The position numbers were made by a program, and so were the translations under genes. From the NCBI RefSeq assembly GCF_009914755.1, contig NC_060948.1: DNA of 64,000 nt. The stretch is one strand, 5' to 3'. Origin of the DNA: the human T2T-CHM13v2.0 reference genome, Homo sapiens. This document shows, piece after piece, positions 42,732 through 56,947 of the stretch (the first letter of the stretch is position 1; every line of letters starts with the position of its first letter). The notes below the pieces were generated by a model, which made no database searches, was not told where the DNA came from, and worked only from the letters and a program-made list of their open reading frames with translations.

Positions 42732-45700
42732 TCCAATGGAATAGAATCTAATGCAATAAAATCGACTCAGATAGAGTAGAATGTAATGGAATGGAGTGCA
42801 GTGCAATGCAATGGAATGGAATGGAATGCAATGGAATGGAATGGAATGGAATGGAATGGAATGGGATGGAATGGTATGGAATGCATAGTAATGGACTGGA
42901 GTGAAATGGACTGGAAAGGAATGGACTCAAATTGAAAGGGCTCGAAAGGAATGGATTCAAATGGAATGGTCTGGAATGGAATGAACACGAAAGTAATGCA
43001 ATCCAATAGAATGGAATCGAATGGCATGGAATATAAAGAAATGGAATCGAAGAGAATGGAAACAAATGGAATGGAATTGAATGGAATGGAATTGAATGGA
43101 AAGGGAACGAATGGAGTGAAATTGTATGCAGTAGAAGGGAATAGAATGGAATGCAAGCGAAAGGAAAGGAATGGATTGGAATGGAATGGAATTCATTGGA
43201 ATGGAAGGGAATGTAGTGTAATGGACAGGCCTGGAATAAAGTGGAATGCTACGGTCTCGAATGGAATAAAAATGTATGGAATGGAATGCAATGAAACGGA
43301 ATCGAATGTCATAGAATGTAATGGAATGCAAAAAAATGGAATCCAAAATCATTGACTGGAAAGGCTGGGTGTCGAAAGGAATTGACTCCAATGGAATGGA
43401 ATCGAATGGAATGGAAGTGAATAGAATCGAACTAAATCGAATGGAATGGAATTGATAGGAACGGAATGGAAAGGAATGCAATGATTTGGCATGGAATGGA
43501 ATCGAATGACATCGAATGGAATGGAATGGAATGCAATGGAATGGAACGTATTAGAATGTAATGAACTTTAATGGAATGTACTCGAATGGATTCGACTGGA
43601 ATGGAATGTTCTGGAAGTGAATGGACTCCAATGGAATGGATTCCAAAGGAATGGAATCGTACGGAATGGAATCTAATGGAATGGAATTAAATGGAAATGA
43701 ATCAAATTGAATAGCACGGAATTGAATTGAATGGAATGGAATGCAATGGAATCTAATGAAACGGAAAGGAAAGGAATGGAATGGAATGGAATGGGCTGGA
43801 ATGGAAAGGAATCGAAACGAATGGAATGGAATCGAACTGAAGAGACTGGAATGGAATGCACTGGAATGGAAGGGAGTGTAATGGAAGGTACTCGAAAAAA
43901 ATGGAATGGAATGGAATGGAATTGAATGGAACGGAATAGAGTTGAATGGAATTGAATGGAATGGAATGGACTAGAGTGAAATGGAATCGAACCACAAGGA
44001 ATGGACAGGAATAGAATGGTCTCGAATTGAATGGAATCGTATGGAATGGCATCAAACGGAATGGAATGGACAGCCACGGAATGGAATGCACTCGAATGCA
44101 ATGGAGTCGAAACTAATGGACTGGAATAGAATGGACTCGACTGGTACGGACTCCAATGGAATGGAATCGAATGGAAGGGAATCGAACGGAATGGACTCGA
44201 AGGGAAAAGACTGCAATGGAAAGGTCTCGAATGGAATGGAAATTAATGGAATGGAATGGAATCGAATGAAATGGAGTCAAAAGGAATGGAATCGAATGGC
44301 AAGAAATCGAATGTAATGGAATCGCAAGGAATTGATGTGAACGGAACGGAATGGAATGGAATCCAAAGGAATGGAATAGAATGGAATGGAATCGAATGGA
44401 AAGGACTCGAATGGAAATCACTCGAATAGAATGCAATTTAATAAAATAGGATCAAATGTAATGGAATGGAATGGAAAGGAATCGAAACGAAAGGAATGGA
44501 GACAGATGGAATGGAATGGAACAGAGAGCAATGGTATAGAATGGAATGGAATCATCTGGAATGGAATTGAACGGAATGGAATAATATGAAATGGAATGGA
44601 ATGGAATGGAATGGAATGCCCTTGAATTAAATGGACTGGAATGGAATGGACTCGAACAGAGTGGAATGGAAAGTGTTGAGATAGAATGGAATGGACTCCT
44701 TTGGAATGGTGTAGTATGCAATGCAATCGACTGGCAGGGAATCAAAAGGAATGTAATGGAATGGACTGGACTGGAATGCAATGGACTCGAATAGATTGGA
44801 AACGGAATGCAAAGGAATGGAATGGAATAGTATGGAATGGAATGGAAAGGAATGGAGTGGAATAGACTAGAGTGGAATGGAATGGACTGGAAAGCAATGG
44901 ACTGGAATGGAACTTTCTTGAATGGACTGGAATCAAACGGAATGGAATGCAATGCAATCAAATGGCATGGAATAAAATAGAATGAAAGAGAATCAAATGG
45001 AATTGAATCGAATGGAATCGAATGGATTGGAAAGGAATAGAATGGAATGGAATGGAATTGACTCAAATGGAATGGACTAGAATGGAATGGATTCGAATGG
45101 AAGGCAAAGGAATGGAATCTATTGGAATGGACTGTAATGGAATGGAATGGAAGGGATTGGAATGGACTCGAATGGAATGGACTGCAATAGAAAGGATTCG
45201 AATGGAATGAAAAAGAATTGAATGGAATAGAACAGAATGGAATCAAATCGAATGAAATGGAATGGAATAGAAAGGAATGGAATGAAATGGAATGGAAAGG
45301 ATTCGAATGGAATGCAATCGAATGGAATGGAGTCGAACGGAATGGAATAAAATGGAAGAAAACTGGCAAGAAATGGAATCGAAATGAATGGAGTGTTATG
45401 GAACGGACTCAAAAGGAATTGAATGTAATAGAATGGAGTGGAGTGGACTCGAATATAATGGACTGGAATGGAATGAAATCACATGGAATGGGAACGAATG
45501 GAATGGAATGGAAAGGAATGGAATCGAATGGAAAGGAATCGAATGGAAGGGAATGAAATTGAATCAACAGGAATGGAAGGGAATAGAATAGACGGTAATG
45601 GAATGGACTCGAATAGAATGGACACGAATGCTCAAATTGAATGGACTCGAATGGAATGGAAACGAAAGGAATGTCATCGAATGGAATTGAATCGATTGGA

Positions 45701-46270
45701 ATGAAATCGCATAGAATGGAGTGGAATCAAATGGAATTGAATCGAAAGGAAAGGAAGCGAATGGACTGAAATGAAATGGAATGGAATTGAATGGAAAGTA
45801 ATGCAATGGAATAGAATGGAACGAAATTTCACGGAATGGAATCAAACTGAATGGAATCAAATCAATGGAATCCAATCAAATGGAATGGAGTAGATTGGAT
45901 TGGATGGGATTGGAATGAAATATACTGGAAAGGACTCGAATCTCATGAAACGGAATGGAATGAATTGGAACGGAATGGACTCGAATGGAATGGAATGTCA
46001 TAGAATGGCATCAAATGGAATGGCATCAAATGGAATGGAATCGAATGCAATGGAATGCTATGGAATGGAATGGAATGCATTGGAATGGAATGTCCTCTAA
46101 TGGAATGGATTCGAGTGGAATGGAATCGAATATAATGGAGTCGAATGAAATGGAATTGAAAGGAATGGGATCGAATACAATGGAATATACTGGAATGTAA
46201 TGTAATGAACTCGAATGTAATTGACTGGAATGGAATGTACATGAATGGAATGTAATCGAATGGAAAGTAA
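42732..46270 (+). repeat. DYZ1 unit 13 (3,539 bp)
   Basis: -10 in the variable tract, 15-bp deletion near 45,887. Confidence 0.9.
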
Positions 46271-49200
46271 TCCAATGGAATAGAATCTAATGCAATAAAA
46301 TCGACTCAGATAGAGTAGAATGTAATGGAATGGAGTGCAGTGCAATGGAATGGAATGGAATGGAATGCAATGGAATGGAATGGAATGGAATGGAATGGAA
46401 TGGAATGGAATGGGATGGAATGGTATGGAATGGATAGTAATGGACTGGAGTGAAATGGACTGGAAAGGAATGGACTCAAATTGAAAGGGCTGGAAAGGAA
46501 TGGAGTCAAATGGAATGGTCTGGAATGGAATGAACACGAAAGTAATGCAATCCAATAGAATGGAATCGAATAGCATGGAATATAATGAAATGGAATCGAA
46601 GAGAATGGAAACAAATGGAATGGAATTGAATGGAATGGAATTGAATGGAATGGGAACGAATGGAGTGAAATTGTATGCAGTAGAAGGGAACAGAATGGAA
46701 TGCAAGCGAAAGGAAAGGAATGGATTGGAATGGAATGGAATTCATTGGAATGGAAGGGAATGTAGTGTAATGGACAGGCCTGGAATAAAGTGGAATGCTA
46801 CGGTCTCGAATGGAATAAAAATGTATGGAATGGAATGCAATGAAACGGAATCGAATGTCATAGAATGTAATGGAATGCAAAAAAATGGAATCCAAAATCA
46901 TTGACTGGAAAGGCTGGGTGTCGAAAGGAATTGACTCCAATGGAATGGAATCGAATGGAATGGAAGTGAATAGAATCGAACTAAATCGAATGGAATGGAA
47001 TTGATAGGAACGGAATGGAAAGGAATGCAATGATTTGGCACGGAATGGAATCGAATGGCATCGAATGGAATGGAATGGAATGCAATGGAATGGAACGTAT
47101 TAGAATGTAATGAACTTTAATGGAATGTACTCGAATGGAATCGACTGGAATGGAATGTTCTGGAAGTGAATGGACTCCAATGGAATGGATTCAAAAGGAA
47201 TGGAATCGTACGGAATGGAATCTAATGGAATGGAATTAAATGGAAATGAATCAAATTGAATAGCATGGAATTGAATTGAATGGAATCGAATGCAATGGAA
47301 TCTAATGAAACGGAAAGGAAAGGAATGGAATGGAATGGAATGGGCTGGAATGGAAAGGAATCGAAACGAATGGAATGGAATCGAATTGACGAGACTGGAA
47401 TGGAATGCACTGGAATGGAAGGGAGTGTAATGGAAGGTTCTCGAAAAAAATGGAATCGAATGGAATGGAATTGAATGGAACGGAATAGAGTCGAATGGAA
47501 TTGAATAGAATGGAATGGACTAGAGTGAAATGGAATCGAACCACAAGGAATGGACAGGAATAGAATGGTCTCGAATTGAATGGAATCGTATGGAATGGCA
47601 TCAAACGGAATGGAATGGACAGCCACGGAATGGAATGCACTCGAATGCAATGGAGTCGAAACTAATGGACTGGAATAGAATGGACTCGACTGGTACGGAC
47701 TCCAATGGAATGGAATCGAATGGAAGGGAATCGAACGGAATGGACTCGAAGGGAAAAGACTGCAATGGAAAGGTCTCGAATGGAATGGAAATTAATGGAA
47801 TGGAATGGAATCGAATGAAATGGAGTCAAAAGGAATGGAATCGAATGGCAAGAAATCGAATGTAATGGAATCGCAAGGAATTGATGTGAACGGAACGGAA
47901 TGGAATGGAATCCAAAGGAATGGAATAGAATGGAATGGAATCGAATGGAAAGGACTCGAATGGAAATCACTCGAATAGAATGCAATTTAATAAAATAGGA
48001 TCAAATGTAATGGAATGGAATGGAAAGGAATCGAAACGAAAGGAATGGAGACAGATGGAATGGAATGGAACAGAGAGCAATGGTATAGAATGGAATGGAA
48101 TCATCTGGAATGGAATTGAATGGAATGGAATAATATGAAATGGAATGGAATGGAATGGAATGGAATGCCCTTGAATTAAATGGACTGGAATGAAATGGAC
48201 TCGAACAGAGTGGAATGGAAAGTGTTGAGATAGAATGGAATGGACTCCTTTGGAATGGTCTAGTATGCAATGCAATCGACTGGCAGGGAATCAAAAGGAA
48301 TGTAATGGAATGGATTGGACAGGAATGCAATGGACTCGAATAGATTGGAAACGGAATGCAAAGGAATGGAATGGAATAGTATGGAATGGAATGGAAAGGA
48401 ATGGAGTGGAATAGACTAGAGTGGAATGGAATGGACTGGAAAGCAATAGACTGGAATGGAACTTTCTTGAATGGACTGGAATCAAACGGAATGGAATGCA
48501 ATGCAATCAAATGGCATGGAATAAAATAGAATGAAAGAGAATCAAATGGAATTGAATCGAATGGAATCGAATGGATTGGAAAGGAATAGAATGGAATGGA
48601 ATGGAATTGACTCAAATGGAATGGACTAGAATGGAATGGATTCGAATGGAAGGCAAAGGAATGGAATCTATTGGAATGGACTGTAATGGAATGGAATGGA
48701 AGGGATTGGAATGGACTCGAATGGAATGGACTGCAATAGAAAGGATTCGAATGGAATGAAAAAGAATTGAATGGAATAGAACAGAATGGAATCAAATCGA
48801 ATGAAATGGAATGGAATAGAAAGGAATGGAATGAAATGGAATGGAAAGGATTCGAATGGAATGCAATCGAATGGAATGGAATCGAATGGAATGGAATAAA
48901 ATGGAAGAAAACTGGCAAGAAATGGAATCGAAATGAATGGAGTGTTATGGAACGGACTCAAAAGGAATTGAATGTAATAGAATGGAGTGGAGTGGACTCG
49001 AATATAATGGACTGGAATGGAATGAAATCACATGGAATGGGAACGAATGGAATGGAATGGAAAGGAATGGAATCGAATGGAAAGGAATCGAATGGAAGGG
49101 AATGAAATTGAATCAACAGGAATGGAAGGGAATAGAATAGACGGTAATGGAATGGACTCGAATAGAATGGACACGAATGCTCAAATTGAATGGACTCGAA

Positions 49201-49834
49201 TGGAATGGAAACGAAAGGAATGTCATCGAATGGAATTGAATCGATTGGAATGAAATCGCATAGAATGGAGTGGAATCAAATGGAATTGAATCGAAAGGAA
49301 AGGAAGCGAATGGACTGAAATGAAATGGAATGGAATTGAATGGAAAGTAATGCAATGGAATAGAATGGAACGAAATTTCACGGAATGGAATCAAACTGAA
49401 TGGAATCAAATCAATGGAATCTAATCAAATGGAATGGAAAGGAATTGAATGGAGTAGATTGGATTGGATGGGATTGGAATGAAATGTACTGGAAAGGACT
49501 CGAATTTCATGAAACGGAATGGAATGAATTGGAACGGAATGGACTCGAATGGAATGGAATGTCATGGAATGGCATCAAATGGAATGGCATCAAATGGAAT
49601 GGAATCGAATGCAATGGAATGCTATGGAATGGAATGGAATGCATTGGAATGGAATGTCCTCTAATGGAATGGATTCGAGTGGAATGGCATCGAATATAAT
49701 GGAGTCGAATGAAATGGAATTGAAAAGAATGCGATCGAATACAATGGAATATACTGGAATGTAATGTAATGAACTCGAATGTAATTGACTGGAATGGAAT
49801 GTACATGAATGGAATGTAATCGAATGGAAAGTAA
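46271..49834 (+). repeat. DYZ1 unit 14 (3,564 bp)
   Basis: Anchor spacing. Confidence 0.9.
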
Positions 49835-52800
49835 TCCAATGGAATAGAATCTAATGCAATAAAATCGACTCAAATAGAGTAGAATGTAATGGAATGGAGT
49901 GCAGTGCAATGGAATGGAATGGAATGGAATGCAATGGAATGGAATGGAAGGGAATGGAATGGAATGGAATGGAATGGAATGGAATGGGATGGAATGGTGT
50001 GGAATGGATAGTAATGGACTGGAGTGAAATGGACTGGAAAGGAATGGACTCAAATTGAAAGGGCTCGAAAGGAATGGAGTCAAATGGAACGGTCTGGAAT
50101 GGAATGAACACGAATGTAAGGCAATCCAATAGAATGGAATCGAATGGCATGGAATATAAAGAAATGGAATCGAAGAGAATGGAAACAAATGGAATGGAAT
50201 TGAATGGAATGGAATTGAATGGAATGGGAACGAATGGAGTGAAATTGTATGCAGTAGAAGAGAATAGAATGGAATGCAAGTGAAAGGAAAGGAATGGATT
50301 GGAATGGAATGGAATTCATTGGAATGGAAGGGAATGTAGTGTAATGGACAGGCCTGGAATAAAGTGGAATGCTACGGTCTCGAATGGAATAAAAATGTAT
50401 GGAATGGAATGCAATGAAACGGAATCGAATGTCATAGAATGTAATGGAATGCAACAAAATGGAATCCAAAATCATTGACTGGAAAGGCTGGGTGTCGAAA
50501 GGAATTGACTCCAATGGAATGGAATCGAATGGAATGGAAGTGAATAGAATCGAACTAAATCGAATGGAATGGAATTGATAGGAACGGAATGGAGAGGAAT
50601 GCAATGATTTGGCATGGAATGCAATCGAATGGCATCGAATGGAATGGAATGGAATGCAATGGAATGGAATGTATTAGAATGTAATGAACTTTAATGGAAT
50701 GTACTCGAATGGATTCGAATGGAATGGAATGTTCTGGAAGTGAATGGACTCCAATGGAATGGATTCAAAAGGAATGGAATCGTACGGAATGGAATCTAAT
50801 GGAATGGAATTAAATGGAAATGAATCAAATTGAATAGCACGGAATTGAATTGAATGGAATGGAATGCAATGGAATCTGATGAAACGGAAAGGAAAGGAAT
50901 GGAATGGAATGGAATGGGCTGGAATGGAAAGGAATCGAAACGAATGGAATGGAATCGAACTGAAGAGACTGGAATGGAATGCACTGGAATGGAAGGGAGT
51001 GTAATGGAAGGTTCTCGAAAAAAATGGAATCGAATGGAATGGAATTGAATGGAACGGAATAGAGTCGAATGGAATTGAATGGAATGGAATGGACTAGAGT
51101 GAAATGGAATCGAACCACAAGGAATGGACAGGAATAGAATGGTCTCGAATTGAATGGAATCGTATGGAATGGCATCAAACGGAATGGAATGGACAGCCAC
51201 GGAATGGAATGCACTCGAATGCAATGGAGTCGAAACTAATGGACTGGAATAGAATGGACTTGACTGGTACGGACTCCAATGGAATGGAATCGAATGGAAG
51301 GGAATCGAACGGAATGGACTCGAAGGGAAAAGACTGCAATGGAAAGGTCTCGAATGGAATGGAAATTAATGGAATGGAATGGAATCGAATGAAATGGAGT
51401 CAAAAGGAATGGAATCGAATGGCAAGAAATCGAATGTAATGGAATCGCAAGGAATTGATGTGAACGGAACGGAATGGAATGGAATCCAAAGGAATGGAAT
51501 AGAATGGAATGGAATCGAATGGAAAGGACTCGAATGGAAATCACTCGAATAGAATGCAATTTAATAAAATAGGGTCAAATGTAATGGAATGGAATGGAAA
51601 GGAATCGAAACGAAAGGAATGGAGACAGATGGAATGGAATGGGACAGAGAGCAATGGTATAGAATGGAATGGAATCATCTGGAATGGAATTGAATGGAAT
51701 GGAATAATATGAAATGGAATGGAATGGAATGGAATGGAATGCCCTTGAATTAAATGGACTGGAATGGAATGGACTCGAACAGAGTGGAATGGAAAGTGTT
51801 GAGATAGAATGGAATGGACTCCTTTGGAATGGTCTAGTATGCAATGCAATCGACTGGCAGGGAATCAAAAGGAATGTAATGGAATGGATTGGACAGGAAT
51901 GCAATGGACTCGAATAGATTGGAAACGGAATGCAAAGGAATGGAATGGAATAGTATGGAATGGAATGGAAAGGAATGGAGTGGAATAGACTAGAGTGGAA
52001 TGGAATGGACTGGAAAGCAATAGACTGGAATGGAACTTTCTTGAATGGACTGGAATCAAACGGAATGGAATGCAATGCAATCAAATGGCATGGAATAAAA
52101 TAGAATGAAAGAGAATCAAATGGAATTGAATCGAATGGAATCGAATGGATTGGAAAGGAATAGAATGGAATGGAATGGAATTGACTCAAATGGAATGGAC
52201 TAGAATGGAATGGATTCGAATGGAAGGCAAAGGAATGGAATCTATTGGAATGGACTGTAATGGAATGGAATGGAAGGGATTGGAATGGACTCGAATGGAA
52301 TGGACTGCAATAGAAAGGATTCGAATGGAATGAAAAAGAATTGAATGGAATAGAACAGAATGGAATCAAATCGAATGAAATGGAATGGAATAGAAAGGAA
52401 TGGAATGAAATGGAATGGAAAGGATTCGAATGGAATGCAATCGAATGGAATGGAATCGAACGGAATGGAATAAAATGGAAGAAAACTGGCAAGAAATGGA
52501 ATCGAAATGAATGGAGTGTTATGGAACGGACTCAAAAGGAATTGAATGTAATAGAATGGAGTGGAGTGGACTCGAATATAATGGACTGGAATGGAATGAA
52601 ATCACATGGAATGGGAACGAATGGAATGGAATGGAAAGGAATGGAATCGAATGGAAAGGAATCGAATGGAAGGGAATGAAATTGAATCAACAGGAATGGA
52701 AGGGAATAGAATAGACGGTAATGGAATGGACTTGAATAGAATGGACACGAATGCTCAAATTGAATGGACTCGAATGGAATGGAAACGAAAGGAATGTCAT

Positions 52801-53408
52801 CGAATGGAATTGAATCGATTGGAATGAAATCGCATAGAATGGAGTGGAATCAAATGGAATTGAATCGAAAGGAAAGGAAGCGAATGGACTGAAATGAAAT
52901 GGAATGGAATTGAATGGAAAGTAATGCAATGGAATAGAATGGAACGAAATTTCACGGAATGGAATCAAACTGAATGGAATCAAATCAATGGAATCAAATC
53001 AAATGGAATGGAAAGGAATTGAATGGAGTAGATTGGATTGGATGGGATTGGAATGAAATGTACTGGAAAGGACTCGAATTTCATGAAACGGAATGGAATG
53101 AATTGGAACGGAATGGACTCGAATGGAATGGAATGTCATGGAATGGCATCAAATGGAATGGCATCAAATGGAATGGAATCGAATGCAATGGAATGCTATG
53201 GAATGGAATGGAATGCATTGGAATGGAATGTCCTCTAATGGAATGGATTCGAGTGGAATGGAATCGAATATAATGGAGTCGAATGAAATGGAATTGAAAA
53301 GAATGGGATCGAATACAATGGAATATACTGGAATGTAACGTAATGAACTCGAATGTAATTGACTGGAATGGAATGTACATGAATGGAATGTAATCGAATG
53401 GAAAGTAA
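49835..53408 (+). repeat. DYZ1 unit 15 (3,574 bp)
   Basis: Anchor spacing; 10 pentamers in the variable tract. Confidence 0.9.
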
Positions 53409-56400
53409 TCCAATGGAATAGAAACTAATGCAATAAAATCGACTCAAATAGAGTAGAATGTAATGGAATAGAGTGCAGTGCAATGGAATGGAATGGAATG
53501 GAATGCAATGGAATGGAATGGAATGGAATGGGATGGAATGGTGTGGAATGGATAGTAATGGACTGGTGTGAAATGGACTGGAAAGGAATGGACTCAAATT
53601 GAAAGGGCTCGAAAGGAATGGAGTCAAATGGAATGGTCTGGAATGGAATGAACACGAATGTAATGCAATCCAATAGAATGGAATCGAATGGCATGGAATA
53701 TAAAGAAATGGAATCGAAGAGAATGGAAACAAATGGAATGGAATTGAATGGAATGGAATTGAATGGAATGGGAAGGAATGGAGTGAAATTGTATGCAGTA
53801 GAAGAGAATAGAATGGAATGCAAGTGAAAGGAAAGGAATGGATTGGAATGGAATTTAATTCATTGGAATGGAAGGGAATGTAGTGTAATGGACAGGCCTG
53901 GAATAAAGTGGAATGCTACGGTCTCGAATGGAATAAAAATGTATGGAATGGAATGCAATGAAACGGAATCGAATGTCATAGAATGTAATGGAATGCAAAA
54001 AAATGGAATCCAAAGTCATTGACTGGAAAGGCTGGGTGTCGAAAGGAATTGACTCCAATGGAATGGAATCGAATGGAATGGAAGTGAATAGAATCGAACT
54101 AAATCGAATGGAATGGAATTGATAGGAACGGAATGGAAAGGAATGCAATGATTTGGCATGGAATGGAATCGAATGGCATCGAATGGAATGGAATGGAATG
54201 CAATGGAATGGAATGTATTAGAATGTAATGAACTTTAATGGAATGTACTCGAATGGATTCGACTGGAATGGAATGTTCTGGAAGTGAATGGACTCCAATG
54301 GAATGGATTCAAAAGGAATGGAATCGTACGGAATGGAATCTAATGGAATGGAATTAAATGGAAATGAATCAAATTGAATAGCACGGAATTGAATTGAATG
54401 GAATGGAATGCAATGGAATCTAATGAAACGGAAAGGAAAGGAATGGAATGGAATGGAATGGGCTGGAATGGAAAGGAATCGAAACGAATGGAATGGAATC
54501 GAACTGAAGAGACTGGAATGGAATGCACTGGAATGGAAGGGAGTGTAATGGAAGGTTCTCGAAAAAAATGGAATCGAATGGAATGGAATTGAATGGAACG
54601 GAATAGAGTCGAATGGAATTGAATGGAATGGAATGGACTAGAGTGAAATGGAATCGAACCACAAGGAATGGACAGGAATAGAATGGTCTCGAATTGAATG
54701 GAATCGTATGGAATGGCATCAAACGGAATGGAATGGACAGCCACGGAATGGAATGCACTCGAATGCAATGGAGTCGAAACTAATGGACTGGAATAGAATG
54801 GACTCGACTGGTACGGACTCCAATGGAATGGAATCGAATGGAAGGGAATCGAACGGAATGGACTCGAAGGGAAAAGACTGCAATGGAAAGGTCTCGAATG
54901 GAATGGAAATTAATGGAATGGAATGGAATCGAATGAAATGGAGTCAAAAGGAATGGAATCGAATGGCAAGAAATCGAATGTAATGGAATCGCAAGGAATT
55001 GATGTGAACGGAACGGAATGGAATGGAATCCAAAGGAATGGAATAGAATGGAATGGAATCGAATGGAAAGGACTCGAATGGAAATCACTCGAATAGAATG
55101 CAATTTAATAAAATAGGATCAAATGTAATGGAATGGAATGGAAAGGAATCGAAACGAAAGGAATGGAGACAGATGGAATGGAATGGAACAGAGAGCAATG
55201 GTATAGAATGGAATGGAATCATCTGGAATGGAATTGAATGGAATGGAATAATATGAAATGGAATGGAATGGAATGGAATGCCCTTGAATTAAATGGACTG
55301 GAATGGAATGGACTCGAACAGAGTGGAATGGAAAGTGTTGAGATAGAATGGAATGGACTCGTTTAGAATGGTCTAGTAGGCAATGCAATCGACTGGCAGG
55401 GAATCAAAAGGAATGTAATGGAATGGATTGGACTGGAATGCAATGGACTCGAATAGATTGGAAACGGAATGCAAAGGAATGGAATGGAATAGTATGGAAT
55501 GGAATGGAAAGGAATGCAGTGGAATAGACTAGAGTGGAATGGAATGGACTGGAAAGCAATGGACTGGAATGGAACTTTCTTGAATGGACTGGAATCAAAC
55601 GGAATGGAATGCAATGCAATCAAATGGCATGGAATAAAATAGAATGAAAGAGAATGAAATGGAATTGAATCGAATGGAATCGAATGGATTGGAAAGGAAT
55701 AGAATGGAATGGAATGGAATTGACTCAAATGGAATGGACTAGAATGGAATGGATTCGAATGGAAGGCAAAGGAATGGAATCTATTGGAATGGACTGTAAT
55801 GGAATGGAATGGAAGGGATTGGAATGGACTCGAATGGAATGGACTGCAATAGAAAGGATTCGAATGGAATGAAAAAGAATTGAATGGAATAGAACAGAAT
55901 GGAATCAAATCGAATGAAATGGAATGGAATAGAAAGGAATGGAATGAAATGGAATGGAAAGGATTCGAATGGAATGCAATCGAATGGAATGGAATCGAAC
56001 GGAATGGAATAAAATGGAAGAAAACTGGCAAGAAATGGAATCGAAATGAATGGAGTGTTATGGAACGGACTCAAAAGGAATTGAATGTAATAGAATGGAG
56101 TGGAGTGGACTCGAATATAATGGACTGGAATGGAATGAAATCACATGGAATGGGAACGAATGGAATGGAATGGAAAGGAATGGAATCGAATGGAAAGGAA
56201 TCGAATGGAAGGGAATGAAATTGAATCAACAGGAATGGAAGGGAATAGAATAGACGGTAATGGAATGGACTCGAATAGAATGGACACGAATGCTCAAATT
56301 GAATGGACTCGAATGGAATGGAAACGAAAGGAATGTCATCGAATGGAATTGAATCGATTGGAATGAAATCGCATAGAATGGAGTGGAATCAAATGGAATT

Positions 56401-56947
56401 GAATCGAAAGGAAAGGAAGCGAATGGACTGAAATGAAATGGAATGGAATTGAATGGAAAGTAATGCAATGGAATAGAATGGAACGAAATTTCACGGAATG
56501 GAATCAAACTGAATGGAATCAAACCAATGGAATCAAATCAAATGGAATGGAAAGGAATTGAATGGAGTAGATTGGATTGGATGGGATTGGAATGAAATGT
56601 ACTGGAAAGGACTCGAATTTCATGAAACGGAATGGAATGAATTGGAACGGAACGGACTCGAATGGAATGGAATGTCATGGAATGGCATCAAATGGAATGG
56701 CATCAAATGGAATGGAATCGAATGCAATGGAATGCTATGGAATGGAATGGAATGCATTTTAATGGAATGTCCTCTAATGGAATGGATTCGAGTGGAATGG
56801 AATCGAATATAATGGAGTCGAATGAAATGGAATTGAAAGGAATGGGATCGAATACAATGGAATATACTGGAATGTAATGTAATGAACTCGAATGTAATTG
56901 ACTGGAATGGAATGTACATGAATGGAATGTAATCGAATGGAAAGTAA
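53409..56947 (+). repeat. DYZ1 unit 16 (3,539 bp)
   Basis: 4 pentamers in the variable tract, -5 near 55,270; EcoRI site lost. Confidence 0.9.
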
